From the NCBI RefSeq assembly GCF_000015585.1, contig NC_008789.1, positions 1,500,001-1,532,000 of the forward strand: a DNA stretch of 32,000 bases. Reading direction: 5' to 3'. This document shows positions 1-12,167 of the stretch, in pieces (within the stretch, counting starts at the first letter, position 1; each line of letters starts with the position of its first letter). The translations under genes were made by a program, and so were the position numbers. Origin of the DNA: Halorhodospira halophila SL1. GTDB lineage: Bacteria; Pseudomonadota; Gammaproteobacteria; Nitrococcales; Halorhodospiraceae. A model generated the notes under the pieces. The model was given only the letters and a program-made list of their open reading frames with translations. It was not told where the DNA came from and did not search any database.

Positions 1-841
<841 letters not shown>

Positions 842-850
842 GAGCGCTGA

Positions 851-1387
851 CTACTCCTCGTTGCTGGTGATGGCCCGGTACTTGCGCGGCGGCAGCTGCA
901 CCACCTGGACGGACCAGCCATCTTCCTGACAGGTGAGGATGAGCATCGACGGCCCGTCTTTCACCCGCACACGGCCCGCCGCGCCCGGGTTGAGCACCCA
1001 GGGGTCGGCGGCGTCGTCGACGACCAGCTGGTGGCTGTGCCCGCAGGCGATGGCGCGCACCCGGGGGAACGCCGCACGCAGCCGCTCGTGACGCCGCGAG
1101 GCAGGCTCGTAGCCGTCCCCGTGGATAACCGCCAGCTCGCCCCCGGGCAGATCCAGCACCGAATGGGCCGGCAGCTGCTCCAGCATATGGGCCTCGTGGT
1201 CCGGCCACGTCTCCGGTCCGTCGACGTTGCCACGAACGGCGATCACCTCCTCCCGCGGCTGCATGGCGCAGAGCACGTCGGCCCCGCCCACATCGCCAGC
1301 GTGCACCGCCAGGTCACACTCGGCGATGTGGTCGGCGATGCGCGGGTCGAGGAAGCCGTGGGTATCGGCGATGATACCTACTCGCAT
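851..1387 (-). CDS. Calcineurin-like metallophosphoesterase, YfcE/MJ0936-type phosphodiesterase
   Basis: 178-aa ORF with the ordered motifs IIADTHG (DxH), HAGDVGG (GD), VRGNVD (GNxD) and CGHSH (GH). Size and motif order fit the small YfcE-like family. Confidence 0.8.
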   Translation of the reverse strand: MRVGIIADTHGFLDPRIADHIAECDLAVHAGDVGGADVLCAMQPREEVIAVRGNVDGPETWPDHEAHMLEQLPAHSVLDLPGGELAVIHGDGYEPASRRHERLRAAFPRVRAIACGHSHQLVVDDAADPWVLNPGAAGRVRVKDGPSMLILTCQEDGWSVQVVQLPPRKYRAITSNEE

Positions 1388-1420
1388 GGAGACCCCTTCC
1401 CTGACGCAGGGCGGTCGCGA

Positions 1421-2029
1421 TCAGGCGCGTGCGAAGGCCTGGTCCAAGGCCTGGCGCAGGGCGCCGTAATCGTGGGTAACGGGGAACTGCGGGAACTGCT
1501 CGGCGATCTCCGCAGGCGGGCAGAAGAAGATGCCCTGGTCGGCTGCGCCGAGCATCCGCGTGTCGTTGTAGGAGTCGCCCGCAGCGGCCACACGGAAGTT
1601 GAGCCCGCGCAGCGACTCCACGGCCTGACGCTTGTGATCGGCCAGGCGGATGTGGAAGTCGGCAATCCGGCCCGTCTCGGTCACCTCGAGGCTGTGGCAG
1701 AACAGCGTCGGCCAGCCGAGCTGGGCCATCAGCGGCCGCGCGAACTCGTAGAAGGTATCGGAGAGGATGATGACCTGGTAATCGGCGCGCAGGCCATCGA
1801 GGAACTCCCGGGCGCCCGACAACGGCTCGAGCCGGGCGACCACGGACTGGATGTCGGCCAGCCCCAGGCCATGCCTGTCCATGTCCGCCAGGCGCATGGT
1901 CATCAGCTCGTTGTAGTCCGGCACGTCGCGCGTCGTGGCACGGAAGGCGTCGATACCGGTGATATCGGCGAGGTTGATCCAGATCTCCGGAACCAGCACG
2001 CCCTCGAGATCGAGACAGACGATGTTCAA
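1421..2029 (-). CDS. thrH: Phosphoserine phosphatase / homoserine phosphotransferase ThrH (HAD superfamily)
   Basis: 202 aa. MNIVCLDLEGVLVPEIWI...ATTRDVPDYNELM...IILSDTFYEFARPLMAQLGWPTLFCHSL...AAGDSYNDTRML...QFPQFP is colinear with P. aeruginosa ThrH as I remember it. Confidence 0.85.
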   Translation of the reverse strand: MNIVCLDLEGVLVPEIWINLADITGIDAFRATTRDVPDYNELMTMRLADMDRHGLGLADIQSVVARLEPLSGAREFLDGLRADYQVIILSDTFYEFARPLMAQLGWPTLFCHSLEVTETGRIADFHIRLADHKRQAVESLRGLNFRVAAAGDSYNDTRMLGAADQGIFFCPPAEIAEQFPQFPVTHDYGALRQALDQAFARA

Positions 2030-2242
2030 GCGATTGTCCTCCTGGCGAGCGTTTCCCGGGCGCGCTCAGCCCCGGTCGGCGCGAATGCGCCGCCAATCTA
2101 TTCATAATGGATGCCGGGTGCAAGCGAAACGGCGCGACCCGGCGGATAATGTAGCGTTGACCGGCCGGAACGTCGATAATGGGCGCGCTAGCCGCAGACC
2201 CTGCGGCCCACGATCACGGATACGAACAAGGAGGCAAACCCT

Positions 2243-2923
2243 ATGTCCGAGCGCTATACCGATAGTCGCGTCGCGACGGCTACTGGCGGTGCCGCCACCC
2301 AGGCGCTGGCCACCAACCGCCTGATCCGCAACACCTACATCCTGCTGTCGATGACGCTGGCGTTCAGCGCGGTCACGGCCGGCATGGCCGTCCTCACCGA
2401 CGCACCGCGGCTGAACATCTTCGTCGTCCTCGGCGGCTTCTTCGGCCTTCTGTTCCTGACCCAGTACCTTCGCAACAGCGTCTGGGGGCTGGCCTCGATC
2501 TTCGCCCTGACCGGGTTCATGGGTTATACCCTGGGGCCGATCATCAACCTCTACCTGGGGCTGCCCAACGGCGGGCAGACGGTGATGATGGCCTTTGGGG
2601 GCACGGCGGCGATCTTCGTCGGCCTGTCGGCCTACGCCCTGGCCACTCGGCGCGACTTCAGCTTCATGCGCGGCTTCCTCTTCGCCGGCATCCTGGTGGC
2701 CTTCGTCGCCGCCCTGGCCGCGTACTTCCTGCAGATGCCGGGCCTGTCGCTGGCGGTCAGCGTGATGTTCATGATCCTGATGAGCGGGCTGATCCTCTAT
2801 CAGACCAGCGAGATGGTAAACGGCGGCGAGGACAACTACATCATGGCCACCATCACCCTCTACGTGGCCATCTACAACCTCTTCACCAGCCTGCTGCACC
2901 TGCTTGGCCTGGCCAACGAGTAA
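2243..2923 (+). CDS. yccA: Bax inhibitor-1/YccA family inner-membrane protein
   Basis: 226 aa and multi-TM. ...NRLIRNTYILLSMTLAFSAVTA...GFMGYTLGPII...YQTSEMVNGGEDNYIMATITLYVAIYNLFTSLLHLLG is colinear with E. coli YccA. An AAGGAGG RBS lies 7 nt upstream of the ATG. Confidence 0.85.
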   Translation: MSERYTDSRVATATGGAATQALATNRLIRNTYILLSMTLAFSAVTAGMAVLTDAPRLNIFVVLGGFFGLLFLTQYLRNSVWGLASIFALTGFMGYTLGPIINLYLGLPNGGQTVMMAFGGTAAIFVGLSAYALATRRDFSFMRGFLFAGILVAFVAALAAYFLQMPGLSLAVSVMFMILMSGLILYQTSEMVNGGEDNYIMATITLYVAIYNLFTSLLHLLGLANE

Positions 2924-2946
2924 CCCGCCACACCGGGGCACGAATC

Positions 2947-2979
2947 GGGCCGGGCGCGATGCCCGGCCCCCTCTTTCCA
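2947..2979 (+). terminator. Candidate hairpin terminator between convergent yccA and serS
   Basis: GGGCCGGGC-gcgat-GCCCGGCCC (9-bp stem) followed by cctctttcc. The U-tract is weak. Confidence 0.4.
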
Positions 2980-3046
2980 TCCCGGAGATCCTCTCCCTAG
3001 CATTCAGCGACGCGTGTCCGCCCGGGGCGTTGGCTCGCCGCGGTGC

Positions 3047-4375
<1,329 letters not shown>

Positions 4376-4411
4376 TTAAAGACTTCCAGGCGGTCGGCGC
4401 CACGGCACCGA

Positions 4412-5695
4412 TCACCCCTGCCGGGCACGCAGCCGCCGGAAGCGCTCGGCGATGCGCTGCTCCAGCCCGCGATCGCTCGGTTCATAGTAACGGGTGCCGG
4501 CGAGCGCATCCGGCATGTACTCGACGCCGGCGGCGAAGGCCTCCGGCTCGTCGTGGGCGTAGCGGTAACCACTACCGAAGCCCTGCTCCTTCATCATCCC
4601 GGTCGGGGCGTTACGCAGGTGCATCGGCACCTCCAGCGAGCCGTGCCGGCGCACGTCCTGCTCGGCGGCCTGCCAGGCCGTGTAGACACGGTTGCTCTTG
4701 GGGACCGAGGCCTGGTACGCGGCGGCGTGGGCCAGGGCCAGATCGCCCTCTGGCGAGCCCAGGCGCTCATAAGCCTCGGCGGCATTCAGCGCCACCTGGA
4801 GGGCGCGGGGGTCCGCATTGCCGATGTCTTCCGAGGCCACCCGGATCAGCCGACGGGCGATGTAGAGCGGGTCGCAGCCGCCATCAAGCATGCGCGCCAA
4901 CCAGTACAGGGCGGCGTCCGGATCCGAGCCACGAATCGACTTATGCAACGCCGAGATCTGGTCGTAGAAGTCGTCGCCACCCTTGTCGAAACGCCGGGCC
5001 CCGCCGGCCACGGCCTCGGTGACCACTTCGGCATCGAGCACCCCCGATTCAGCCAGATCCGCGGCAATCTCCAGGGCCGAGAGTAATCGCCGGGCATCCC
5101 CGTCGGCTGCGCGCAGGAGCAGCGCCCGGGCCGCCTCCGTCACCTGCAGCTGGCGGCCACCGAGCCCCCGTTCCGGGTCGCTCAGCGCCCGCTCGAGCAG
5201 GTTCGTCAGGGCCGCCTCGTCCAGGGCGCGGAGCATGTAGACGCGCGCCCGGGAGAGCAGCGCCTTGTTGAGCTCGAAGGAAGGGTTTTCGGTGGTGGCC
5301 CCGACGAAGACCACCGTACCGTCCTCCACATGGGGCAGGAAGGCGTCCTGCTGCGCCTTGTTGAACCGGTGCACCTCATCGACGAAGAGTACGGTGCGCC
5401 GACCGGCCTGCCAGAGGTCGGTCGCCTCGGCCATGGCGGCCCGAATCTCCCGCACCCCGGCGGCAACTGCGGAGAGGGTGAGGAACCGGGCCTCGGCGTG
5501 CTCAGCCACCAGACCGGCGAGCGTCGTCTTACCGCTCCCCGGCGGGCCCCAGAGGATCATGGAGTGCGGCCGTCCGGCCGCGACGCTCTGCGCGAGCGCG
5601 CGACCGGTATCGAGAAGGTGGCCCTGCCCGGCCATCTCCTCGATGCTCCTCGGGCGCATGCGCTCGGCCAGCGGTGCGCTTGGCGCTGCCGTCAA
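4412..5695 (-). CDS. rarA: Replication-associated recombination protein A (AAA+ ATPase RarA/MgsA)
   Basis: 427 aa. ...PLAERMRPRSIEEMAGQGHLL...SMILWGPPGSGKTTLA...VLFVDEVHRFNKAQQDAFLPHVEDGTVVFVGATTENPSFELN.ALLSRARVY...HLRNAPT is colinear with E. coli RarA. The start appears to be TTG at 5695, overlapping the lolA stop (TTGA). Confidence 0.95.
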   Translation of the reverse strand: MTAAPSAPLAERMRPRSIEEMAGQGHLLDTGRALAQSVAAGRPHSMILWGPPGSGKTTLAGLVAEHAEARFLTLSAVAAGVREIRAAMAEATDLWQAGRRTVLFVDEVHRFNKAQQDAFLPHVEDGTVVFVGATTENPSFELNKALLSRARVYMLRALDEAALTNLLERALSDPERGLGGRQLQVTEAARALLLRAADGDARRLLSALEIAADLAESGVLDAEVVTEAVAGGARRFDKGGDDFYDQISALHKSIRGSDPDAALYWLARMLDGGCDPLYIARRLIRVASEDIGNADPRALQVALNAAEAYERLGSPEGDLALAHAAAYQASVPKSNRVYTAWQAAEQDVRRHGSLEVPMHLRNAPTGMMKEQGFGSGYRYAHDEPEAFAAGVEYMPDALAGTRYYEPSDRGLEQRIAERFRRLRARQG

Positions 5696-6318
5696 CGGAT
5701 GCCCTCGTCCGGATCGGCCTCGTAGACATCCACCCCCTCGGGCGGCTCGAAGCGGAAGCGCTCTTCGTCCACGGCATCGTTGAGCCGCACCTCGTCGAGT
5801 TCGACCCGGGTCACTTGCCCTAGGGCGTCGTCGATCTCCAGGGCGCTCGGGTGGCCGTCACGCATGCCCAGTCGGGCCTCGTCGAACGCCTCGCCGCCGT
5901 CTCGGGGGGTGAGCCGGACGTAGTCCTCCGTCTCGGCCAGCTCGAAGAGTTCCTCGAGATCCGCGTAGTCGCCGGAGAGCAGCTGCGCCGGCGCACTGCC
6001 GAGGACGGCGCGCTGATCCCGCACGGTCACCTGATCGAGCTCCACGTCGTAGACCCACAGCCGCTCACCGTCAGCAATGATCTCCTGGGAGAACGGCCCG
6101 GCGTAGGACCAGTGGAAACGGTCCGGGCGGTGGATGGCAAAGTCGCCGGAGGACTCCTCGATCACCTGCCCCCGGTCATCCAGCGTAAACTGGTTGAATA
6201 CCCCCTGCACGGTCTCCACGTCGCGGTAGTAGTCCTCCAGCGCCTGTAGCTGCCCGGCCTGGGCGGTGTTCAGGGCCAGTATCAGCGCGACGACGAGGAG
6301 GGTTGCGGTTCGTTTCAT
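5692..6318 (-). CDS. lolA: Outer-membrane lipoprotein carrier protein LolA
   Basis: The tracked 309-aa ORF is N-terminally over-extended. An internal ATG at 6318 gives MKRTATLLVVALILALNTAQA (signal peptide) followed by the LolA fold (..FNQFTLDDRGQVIEESSGDFAIHRPDRFHWSY..RLWVYDVELDQVTV..). The position between rarA and ftsK is canonical. Confidence 0.85.
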   Translation of the reverse strand: MKRTATLLVVALILALNTAQAGQLQALEDYYRDVETVQGVFNQFTLDDRGQVIEESSGDFAIHRPDRFHWSYAGPFSQEIIADGERLWVYDVELDQVTVRDQRAVLGSAPAQLLSGDYADLEELFELAETEDYVRLTPRDGGEAFDEARLGMRDGHPSALEIDDALGQVTRVELDEVRLNDAVDEERFRFEPPEGVDVYEADPDEGIR

Positions 6319-6456
6319 GGGCGTCGTGCCTCTAGGTTGCGTGCAGATGCGCCAATCCAACCGTTCAGGATAGCCCTGCTGACGCGGGGCGTCACGCCCC
6401 GGTGCCAGCAGGCCGGGCCAACGCCCCCATGCCCCCCATGGTATTGTGAAGGTCCC

Positions 6457-7680
6457 GTGACCCCGACCTGCCCCCCGGAGGAGCCATTGCCCGGCAGCAC
6501 CCCAGAAGCGTTCTACCGCCTGGTCCGCCACCGGATCTTCGCCATCCTCGGTGAGGTACCGCCCGATGAGCGGGGTCGCTTGCTGCGCCCCCGGCAGCAC
6601 GACACCCTCCTGGGCCGTCAACGTGCCCGCATCATCATCGGCCGGGTGCGCATGATCGCCCTGCTGCTGGCCGTGCTCACGCCGCTGTGGATCATCATGG
6701 ACGTGATCTTCTTCCCCCGTGAGCAGGCTCAGCTCCTCGCCCTGGGCCGAGTGATCATCAGCCTCGCCTTCCTCGGGCTGGCGGTAGGCCTGCGCAACAC
6801 CGCTGAGCTGTCACGCGGCTGGGTCGCGCTGGGACTGCTGTTCGCCATCCCGACGGTCTTTTATGTCTTTTCGCACGCGCTCATCGGCAGTGTCGCCAGC
6901 CACGGGGCCGCAGCAGCTGCTGCGGCTGGTTACGCCTTCCTGCCCTTCGTCATGATGGCCGGTCTGAGCGTTTTCCCCCTGACAGCCGTCGAGGCACTGA
7001 TCTACGCGCTGCCGATGCTCCTGGCCAAGGCCCTGATGGCCGCCCTGGATATCGCCACTGTGGACTGGGGGGCTCAGTACAGTGCCCTCTGGCTGCTGGG
7101 GCTGATCACGCTGGTCGCCGCATCCGCCAGCCTGAGTCAACTCCACTTCATGGCCCAGCTGGTGGAACGCTCTTCCCGGGATCCGCTGACCGGCTGCATC
7201 AACCGCGCCCACGGTGAAGAGCTACTTAAACGGCAGGCCGCCCTCGCCCGGCGCGATGGGGCACCGATGACGGTGGCGTTCATCGACCTCGACCGTTTCA
7301 AGGCCATCAACGACGATTACGGCCACGAGGTCGGCGATGCCGCGCTCTATCAGGCCGCCCACGCGCTCCGTCGCCGCCTGCGCGAGACGGACCTGTTGAT
7401 CCGTTGGGGCGGCGAGGAATTCCTCATCCTCTTCCCCAATACCCCGCTGCCAGGGGCCGAGGGAGCCTTGCGTCGTCTGCTGCTGGACGGGCTGGGGTAC
7501 CGCCCGGACGGCTCCCCGCTGACCGCCAGCGCCGGGCTGGCCGAGCTGACCGAGGCGGAGGTCAATGGCTCCCTGGAGGAGCTGATCAGCGCCGCCGATC
7601 AGCGGATGTACGCCGTCAAGGCGGACGGCGGCAACGCCATCGGTGGCGCCGGCACGGAACGCCTGGCCGCCAGGGCCTGA
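6457..7680 (+). CDS. Membrane-anchored diguanylate cyclase (GGDEF domain, I-site present)
   Basis: C-terminus: RDPLTGCINR...FIDLDRFKAINDDYGHEVGD...RETDLLIRWGGEEFLILF. The RETD I-site lies 5 residues before GGEEF. The N-terminal half is several hydrophobic TM helices. The start is uncertain: the ORF opens at 6337, with in-frame alternatives at GTG 6457 (GAAGG upstream), TTG 6580, GTG 6646 and ATG 6652. Confidence 0.85.
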   Translation: MTPTCPPEEPLPGSTPEAFYRLVRHRIFAILGEVPPDERGRLLRPRQHDTLLGRQRARIIIGRVRMIALLLAVLTPLWIIMDVIFFPREQAQLLALGRVIISLAFLGLAVGLRNTAELSRGWVALGLLFAIPTVFYVFSHALIGSVASHGAAAAAAAGYAFLPFVMMAGLSVFPLTAVEALIYALPMLLAKALMAALDIATVDWGAQYSALWLLGLITLVAASASLSQLHFMAQLVERSSRDPLTGCINRAHGEELLKRQAALARRDGAPMTVAFIDLDRFKAINDDYGHEVGDAALYQAAHALRRRLRETDLLIRWGGEEFLILFPNTPLPGAEGALRRLLLDGLGYRPDGSPLTASAGLAELTEAEVNGSLEELISAADQRMYAVKADGGNAIGGAGTERLAARA

Positions 7681-7689
7681 TCCAGCCGC

Positions 7690-10263
7690 TTAGGCGTCCG
7701 GGGGCGGCGGCGCCAGGACTTCGCGACCGCCATTGGATTGCAGCGGACCGACCACCCCGGCGGACTCCATCTCCTCGACCAGTCGCGCGGCGCGGTTGTA
7801 GCCGATCTTCAACCGCCGCTGCACGCCAGAGATGGAGGCCCGACGCGTCTCGGTGACGATACGCACAGCGTCATCGTAGAGCGGGTCGCTCTCCCCACCG
7901 CCCCCGCCACTGCTGCCGCTCCCCTCGCCGGGCAGGCCGGGGATGGGTGCCGACTCGCTGGCGTCCTGAAGCACCTCGTCCAGGTATTCCGGTTCGGCCA
8001 CCGCCTTGAGATGCTCCACCACCCGATGCACCTCGGCGTCGGAGACAAAGGCGCCGTGCACGCGCTGGGGCATCCCGCTCCCCGGCGGTACGTAGAGCAT
8101 GTCGCCGTGGCCGAGCAAGGCCTCGGCACCTTGCTGATCGAGGATGGTGCGCGAATCGACCTTGGAAGAAACCTGATAGGCCATCCGGGTCGGGATGTTG
8201 GCCTTGATCAGGCCGGTGATCACATCCACCGACGGGCGCTGGGTCGCTAGGATCAGATGGATGCCTGCGGCCCGAGCCTTCTGCGCGAGCCGCGCGATGA
8301 GTTCCTCGACCTTCTTGCCGACGATCATCATCATGTCGGCCAACTCGTCCACCACCACCACAATGAACGGAAGCTCCTCGAGCTCCGGGGCCTGCGGGGT
8401 GTCACTATCCAATGTCTGCTCGTTGGGATCGCCGGCATCGAACAGCGGATCGAGCAGCGGCTCGCCGGCCTCACGCGCCGCACGCACCTTGTCGTTGAAA
8501 CCGGTGACGTTGCGCACCCCGAGCGCCGCCATCAGGCGGTAGCGCCGTTCCATCTCGGCCACGCACCAGCGCAAGGCGTTGGCGGCATCATTCATGTCGG
8601 TGACCACCGGCGCGAGGAGATGCGGGATGCCGTCGTAGACGGAGAGCTCCAGCATCTTCGGGTCGACCATGATCAGTCGGGTCTGCTCCGGCGTGTTGCG
8701 GTAGAGCAGTGAGAGGATCATGGCGTTGATCCCCACCGATTTTCCGGACCCGGTGGTGCCGGCCACGAGCAGGTGCGGCATCTTGGCCAGATCGGCCGTT
8801 ACCGGATTGCCACCGATGTCCTTGCCCAGCGCCACCGTTAGCGCCGACTTCATGCGCCCGTACTCCTGGGAGCGGATGATCTCCGAGAGCGCGATGACGT
8901 CCCGCTGCTCGTTGGGGATCTCCAGCCCCACGGTGGACTTACCGGGGATGACCTCGACCACGCGGACTGAACGCACGGACATGGCCCGCGCCAGGTCCTT
9001 GGCCAGGTTGGAGATCTGGCTGACCTTCACGCCGGCAGCCGGCAAAACCTCGAAGCGGGTGATCACCGGCCCGGGCTGTACGGTCTCCACCTGGACCTCG
9101 ACGCCGAAGTCGCGCAGCCGCTCCTCAACCTGTTGCGACATGGTCGCCAGCGCCTCCCGGCTGTAGCCCCCCTTGCCGGTCGGTGGCTCGTCAAGCAGCT
9201 CCACGGGCGGCACCGGCGAGCCACCCCCACCGGCGGATTGACTGCGTTTGCGCTCCGCCTTGCGAGGCCGGCGGGGTTTCTCCGTGGCGGCCGATTCGCG
9301 CTGCACCGGCGGTGGGTCGATGACCTGTTCCGGCGGCCCCTCGCTGCGGGAGCGAGGGAGCAGCCGGATCGCCTTGCGTACCGCCCCACCCTCTTCCTGG
9401 TCCGCAGGCGGCGCAATGCGCGGTGTCGCCGCTTGCTCCTGGCGGGCGGCCGTCCGCTCATCGCGCCGCTCGGCCGCCCGCCGGCGCAGTGCGCGCAGAC
9501 CACCCAGGCCGCGGAGAGCGCCGCCGACGAAGAGCCGATAGATGACATGCCGTAACCACCGCGCGAACGCCAGCGTCCAGCGCCCCACCCACTCGGACAG
9601 GGCGAGCCAGGAGAAACCGGTAGCCAGGGTCAGCGCCGCGAGGAACAGGGCACCGGCCATCAGCGACGCCCCCACGAACCCCAACCAGCTCTCCAACTCG
9701 CCGGCACTCAGCTCACCGAGCAACCCGCCCGCCCCTAAGGGCAGCGCCTCGCCCTCGAAGTGCAGGCTGGCCAGCGCAGCACCGGCCAAGAGCGCCAGGA
9801 GAAGCCCCACCGAGCGGACGGTCAGTGCCAGCGGGTCAAACCCGGGCTCATCCAGCATGCGGAACACACGGTAGGCGGCCCACCCCATGAACAGGGGCAC
9901 CAGGAAGGCCAGATAACCGAACAGCACCAGCGCGATATCGGCGAACCAGGCACCAGCGATCCCGCCGAAGTTATCGACATCGGCCACCGCGGTCACGCGG
10001 CTCCAACTCGGGTCGTCGGCGTCGTAACTCCACAGGGCCAGAAGCATGAAGGCGGCCACGCCGCCGAGCAGCACCATGGCCGCCTCGCGCAGGCGACGCT
10101 GCAGTTGATGGCCGAGAAACGGTTCGTCCCCGCGTTGTTCTTCCGGCTCCGCCACGGATCGCTTACTCTTTGCAGGAATCAATCCATCATTGTCAGTGAC
10201 CACCGCGGCAGCGGCAAGTCGCCCGGCCGACGACTGCACGACGCCGGAGCCGGGCGGTATCAT
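7690..10263 (-). CDS. ftsK: DNA translocase FtsK
   Basis: N-terminal TM segments and a long Pro/Arg/Ala-rich linker. Motor domain with Walker [10 protein letters not shown] and Walker [11 protein letters not shown]-terminal gamma winged helix (..[25 protein letters not shown]..). The ORF opens at 10338, and ATGs at 10317 and 10263 are also in frame. The chosen start is a guess. Confidence 0.93.
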
Positions 10264-10315
10264 GCAAGGACGCTTCGAGGCGAACCTGCCCGAGGAGAGG
10301 AGACCGGGTTTACCC

Positions 10316-11059
10316 ATGCGGCGGCTACGCTGGCTCAATGAACACGTCCCGGACGAACCCTTCCCCGCTGCGGATCAGGCCCTGGCCGATCCCAACGGGT
10401 TGCTGGCGGTGGGCGGCGACCTCTCCCCCGAGCGGTTGATGAGCGCTTACCGCAACGGGATCTTCCCCTGGTACGGCGAGGGACAGCCGATCCTCTGGTG
10501 GAGCCCCGACCCCCGGGGTGTCTTCCTGCCTGGCGATTTCCGCATCAGCCGCAGCCTGCGGCGGCGCCTCAACCAGACCCGCATGCAGGTGACCCTGGAT
10601 ACCGAGTTCGAGGCCGTCGTGGCCGGCTGCGCCGCCCCCCGTCCCGATCAGGACGGCACCTGGATCACCCGAGAGATGATCGCCGCCTACACCGAGCTGC
10701 ACCTGCAGGGATGCGCCCACTCCGCTGAGGTCTGGCTGGATGGGGAGTTGGTCGGCGGGGTCTACGGCGTCGCTCTCAACGGCGCGTTCTTCGGCGAGTC
10801 GATGTTCAGCCGCATGGAGGATGCCTCCAAGGTGGGCCTGACGTGGCTCACGGCACAGTTGTGGCGCTGGGGCTTTGCACTATTCGACTGCCAGATGAGC
10901 AACCCCCACCTGGCCCGCCTGGGCGTCCGCGAGATCCCGCGCAGCGAATACCTGAGGCGCCTGGAGCCGGCACTGCGGGCGCCGCACCGCCCACCACCGT
11001 GGACGCTGGAGGCCGAGCTCGACCCCGTCTCTGAACACCGCCATCGGGAGGGGCCGTGA
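10316..11059 (+). CDS. aat: Leucyl/phenylalanyl-tRNA--protein transferase
   Basis: Internal ATG at 10316 of the 289-aa ORF. ...[40 protein letters not shown]...GTWIT...[30 protein letters not shown] is colinear with E. coli Aat. Confidence 0.9.
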
Positions 11060-11766
11060 GCCGCAGCCGGATCACTCTGCTGCGCACGCACTGCCACGAG
11101 TGCGCCTACGTATCCGGGCGAACGGCGCGGCTCGAGTTCCTCTCGCCGACCCTTCGGCTGAACGACCACCGCTACCAACTCCTGCTCGAGCAGGGATTCC
11201 GGCGCAGCGGACCTTATGTCTACCGCCCGCACTGCCCGGGCTGCAAGGCTTGCCAGTCCCTGCGCATCCCGGTGGCCCGGTTTCGACCACGGCGGCGACA
11301 CCGCCGATGTCAGCGCGCCAACGCCAATCTCCACGTCACCGCCTGCCCACCGGTCATGACCCAGGAGCACCTAGCCCTCTACCGGCGCTACATCGACCAC
11401 CGGCACCCGCGCAGCAGTATGGCCAACCCGGACCACGCGGAGGCCGAGGGATTCCTTGCTGCCCCGTGGTGCACCACCGTTTTCTATGAGCTACGCACCG
11501 AAGCGCAGGGATCGCTGCTAGCGGTCGCGGTCACCGATGTTCTCCCCGACGCCCTGTCCGCCGTCTACACCTTCTACGCCCCCGAGGCCGAGCACCGCGG
11601 CCTGGGCAACCTCGCCGTGCTCTGGCAGCTCTCCGAGGCGCGAAGACTGGGGGCACAGCACCTGTACCTGGGGTACTGGATCGCCGATGCCCCGGCGATG
11701 GCCTATAAGGCGTCGTTCCGGCCACACGAGATCTTCGATGGGCGCGGGTGGCGGGCTCAAGAATAA
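11056..11766 (+). CDS. bpt: Arginyl-tRNA-protein transferase family enzyme (bacterial Bpt, aspartate/glutamate leucyltransferase)
   Basis: 236 aa. Cys pairs CHECAY and CPGCKAC in the N-domain. ..[10 protein letters not shown].. and ..[30 protein letters not shown].. in the C-domain. The GTG start overlaps the aat stop (GTGA). Confidence 0.85.
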
Positions 11767-11789
11767 CCCACTGGCGAGCAGGCCCCACC

Positions 11790-11818
11790 TTGCCGCCGAG
11801 GCCGCAGGCCGGTATAGT
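11790..11818 (+). promoter_or_regulatory. Candidate sigma70 promoter for infA
   Basis: TTGCCG (11790-11795), a 17-nt spacer, then TATAGT (11813-11818), about 70 nt upstream of the infA ATG. Confidence 0.35.
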
Positions 11819-11887
11819 TCGCGCGTTTAGAGGCCCCGCACAAATGGGGCTCCATCCGACCGCAGCGACCACGGATCAGAGAGGCGC

Positions 11888-12106
11888 ATGGCGAAGGAAG
11901 ACTCCATCCGCATGCAGGGGGTGATCGTCGACACCCTGCCCAATACGATGTTCCGCGTCGAGCTGGAGAATGGCCACGTTGTCACGGCCCATATCTCCGG
12001 GAAGATGCGCAAGCACTACATCCGCATCCTGACCGGGGACAAGGTCACGGTCGAGCTGACCCCGTATGACCTGAACAAGGGGCGCATCGTCTACCGCGAG
12101 CGGTAA
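11888..12106 (+). CDS. infA: Translation initiation factor IF-1
   Basis: 72 aa. [70 protein letters not shown] is nearly identical to E. coli IF-1. Confidence 0.97.
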   Translation: MAKEDSIRMQGVIVDTLPNTMFRVELENGHVVTAHISGKMRKHYIRILTGDKVTVELTPYDLNKGRIVYRER

Positions 12107-12167
12107 CGGGCCAACCCCAGCCAAGCACGGCTCGGCCGGGGCTGGCGGAAGCACCGGCCCGTCGGGC

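Noticed and set aside
5692-6621. N-terminally extended versions of real genes in the ORF track. Examples are lolA at 309 aa, aceA at 458 aa, acnA at 937 aa, mnmA at 397 aa, hflD at 238 aa, and the pucB, def, motY-like, thioesterase and AttH ORFs.
   Set aside because: Ortholog-like N-termini, signal peptides and RBS positions all point to internal starts. The extensions are Arg/Pro/Gly-rich and overlap neighbouring genes or promoters.
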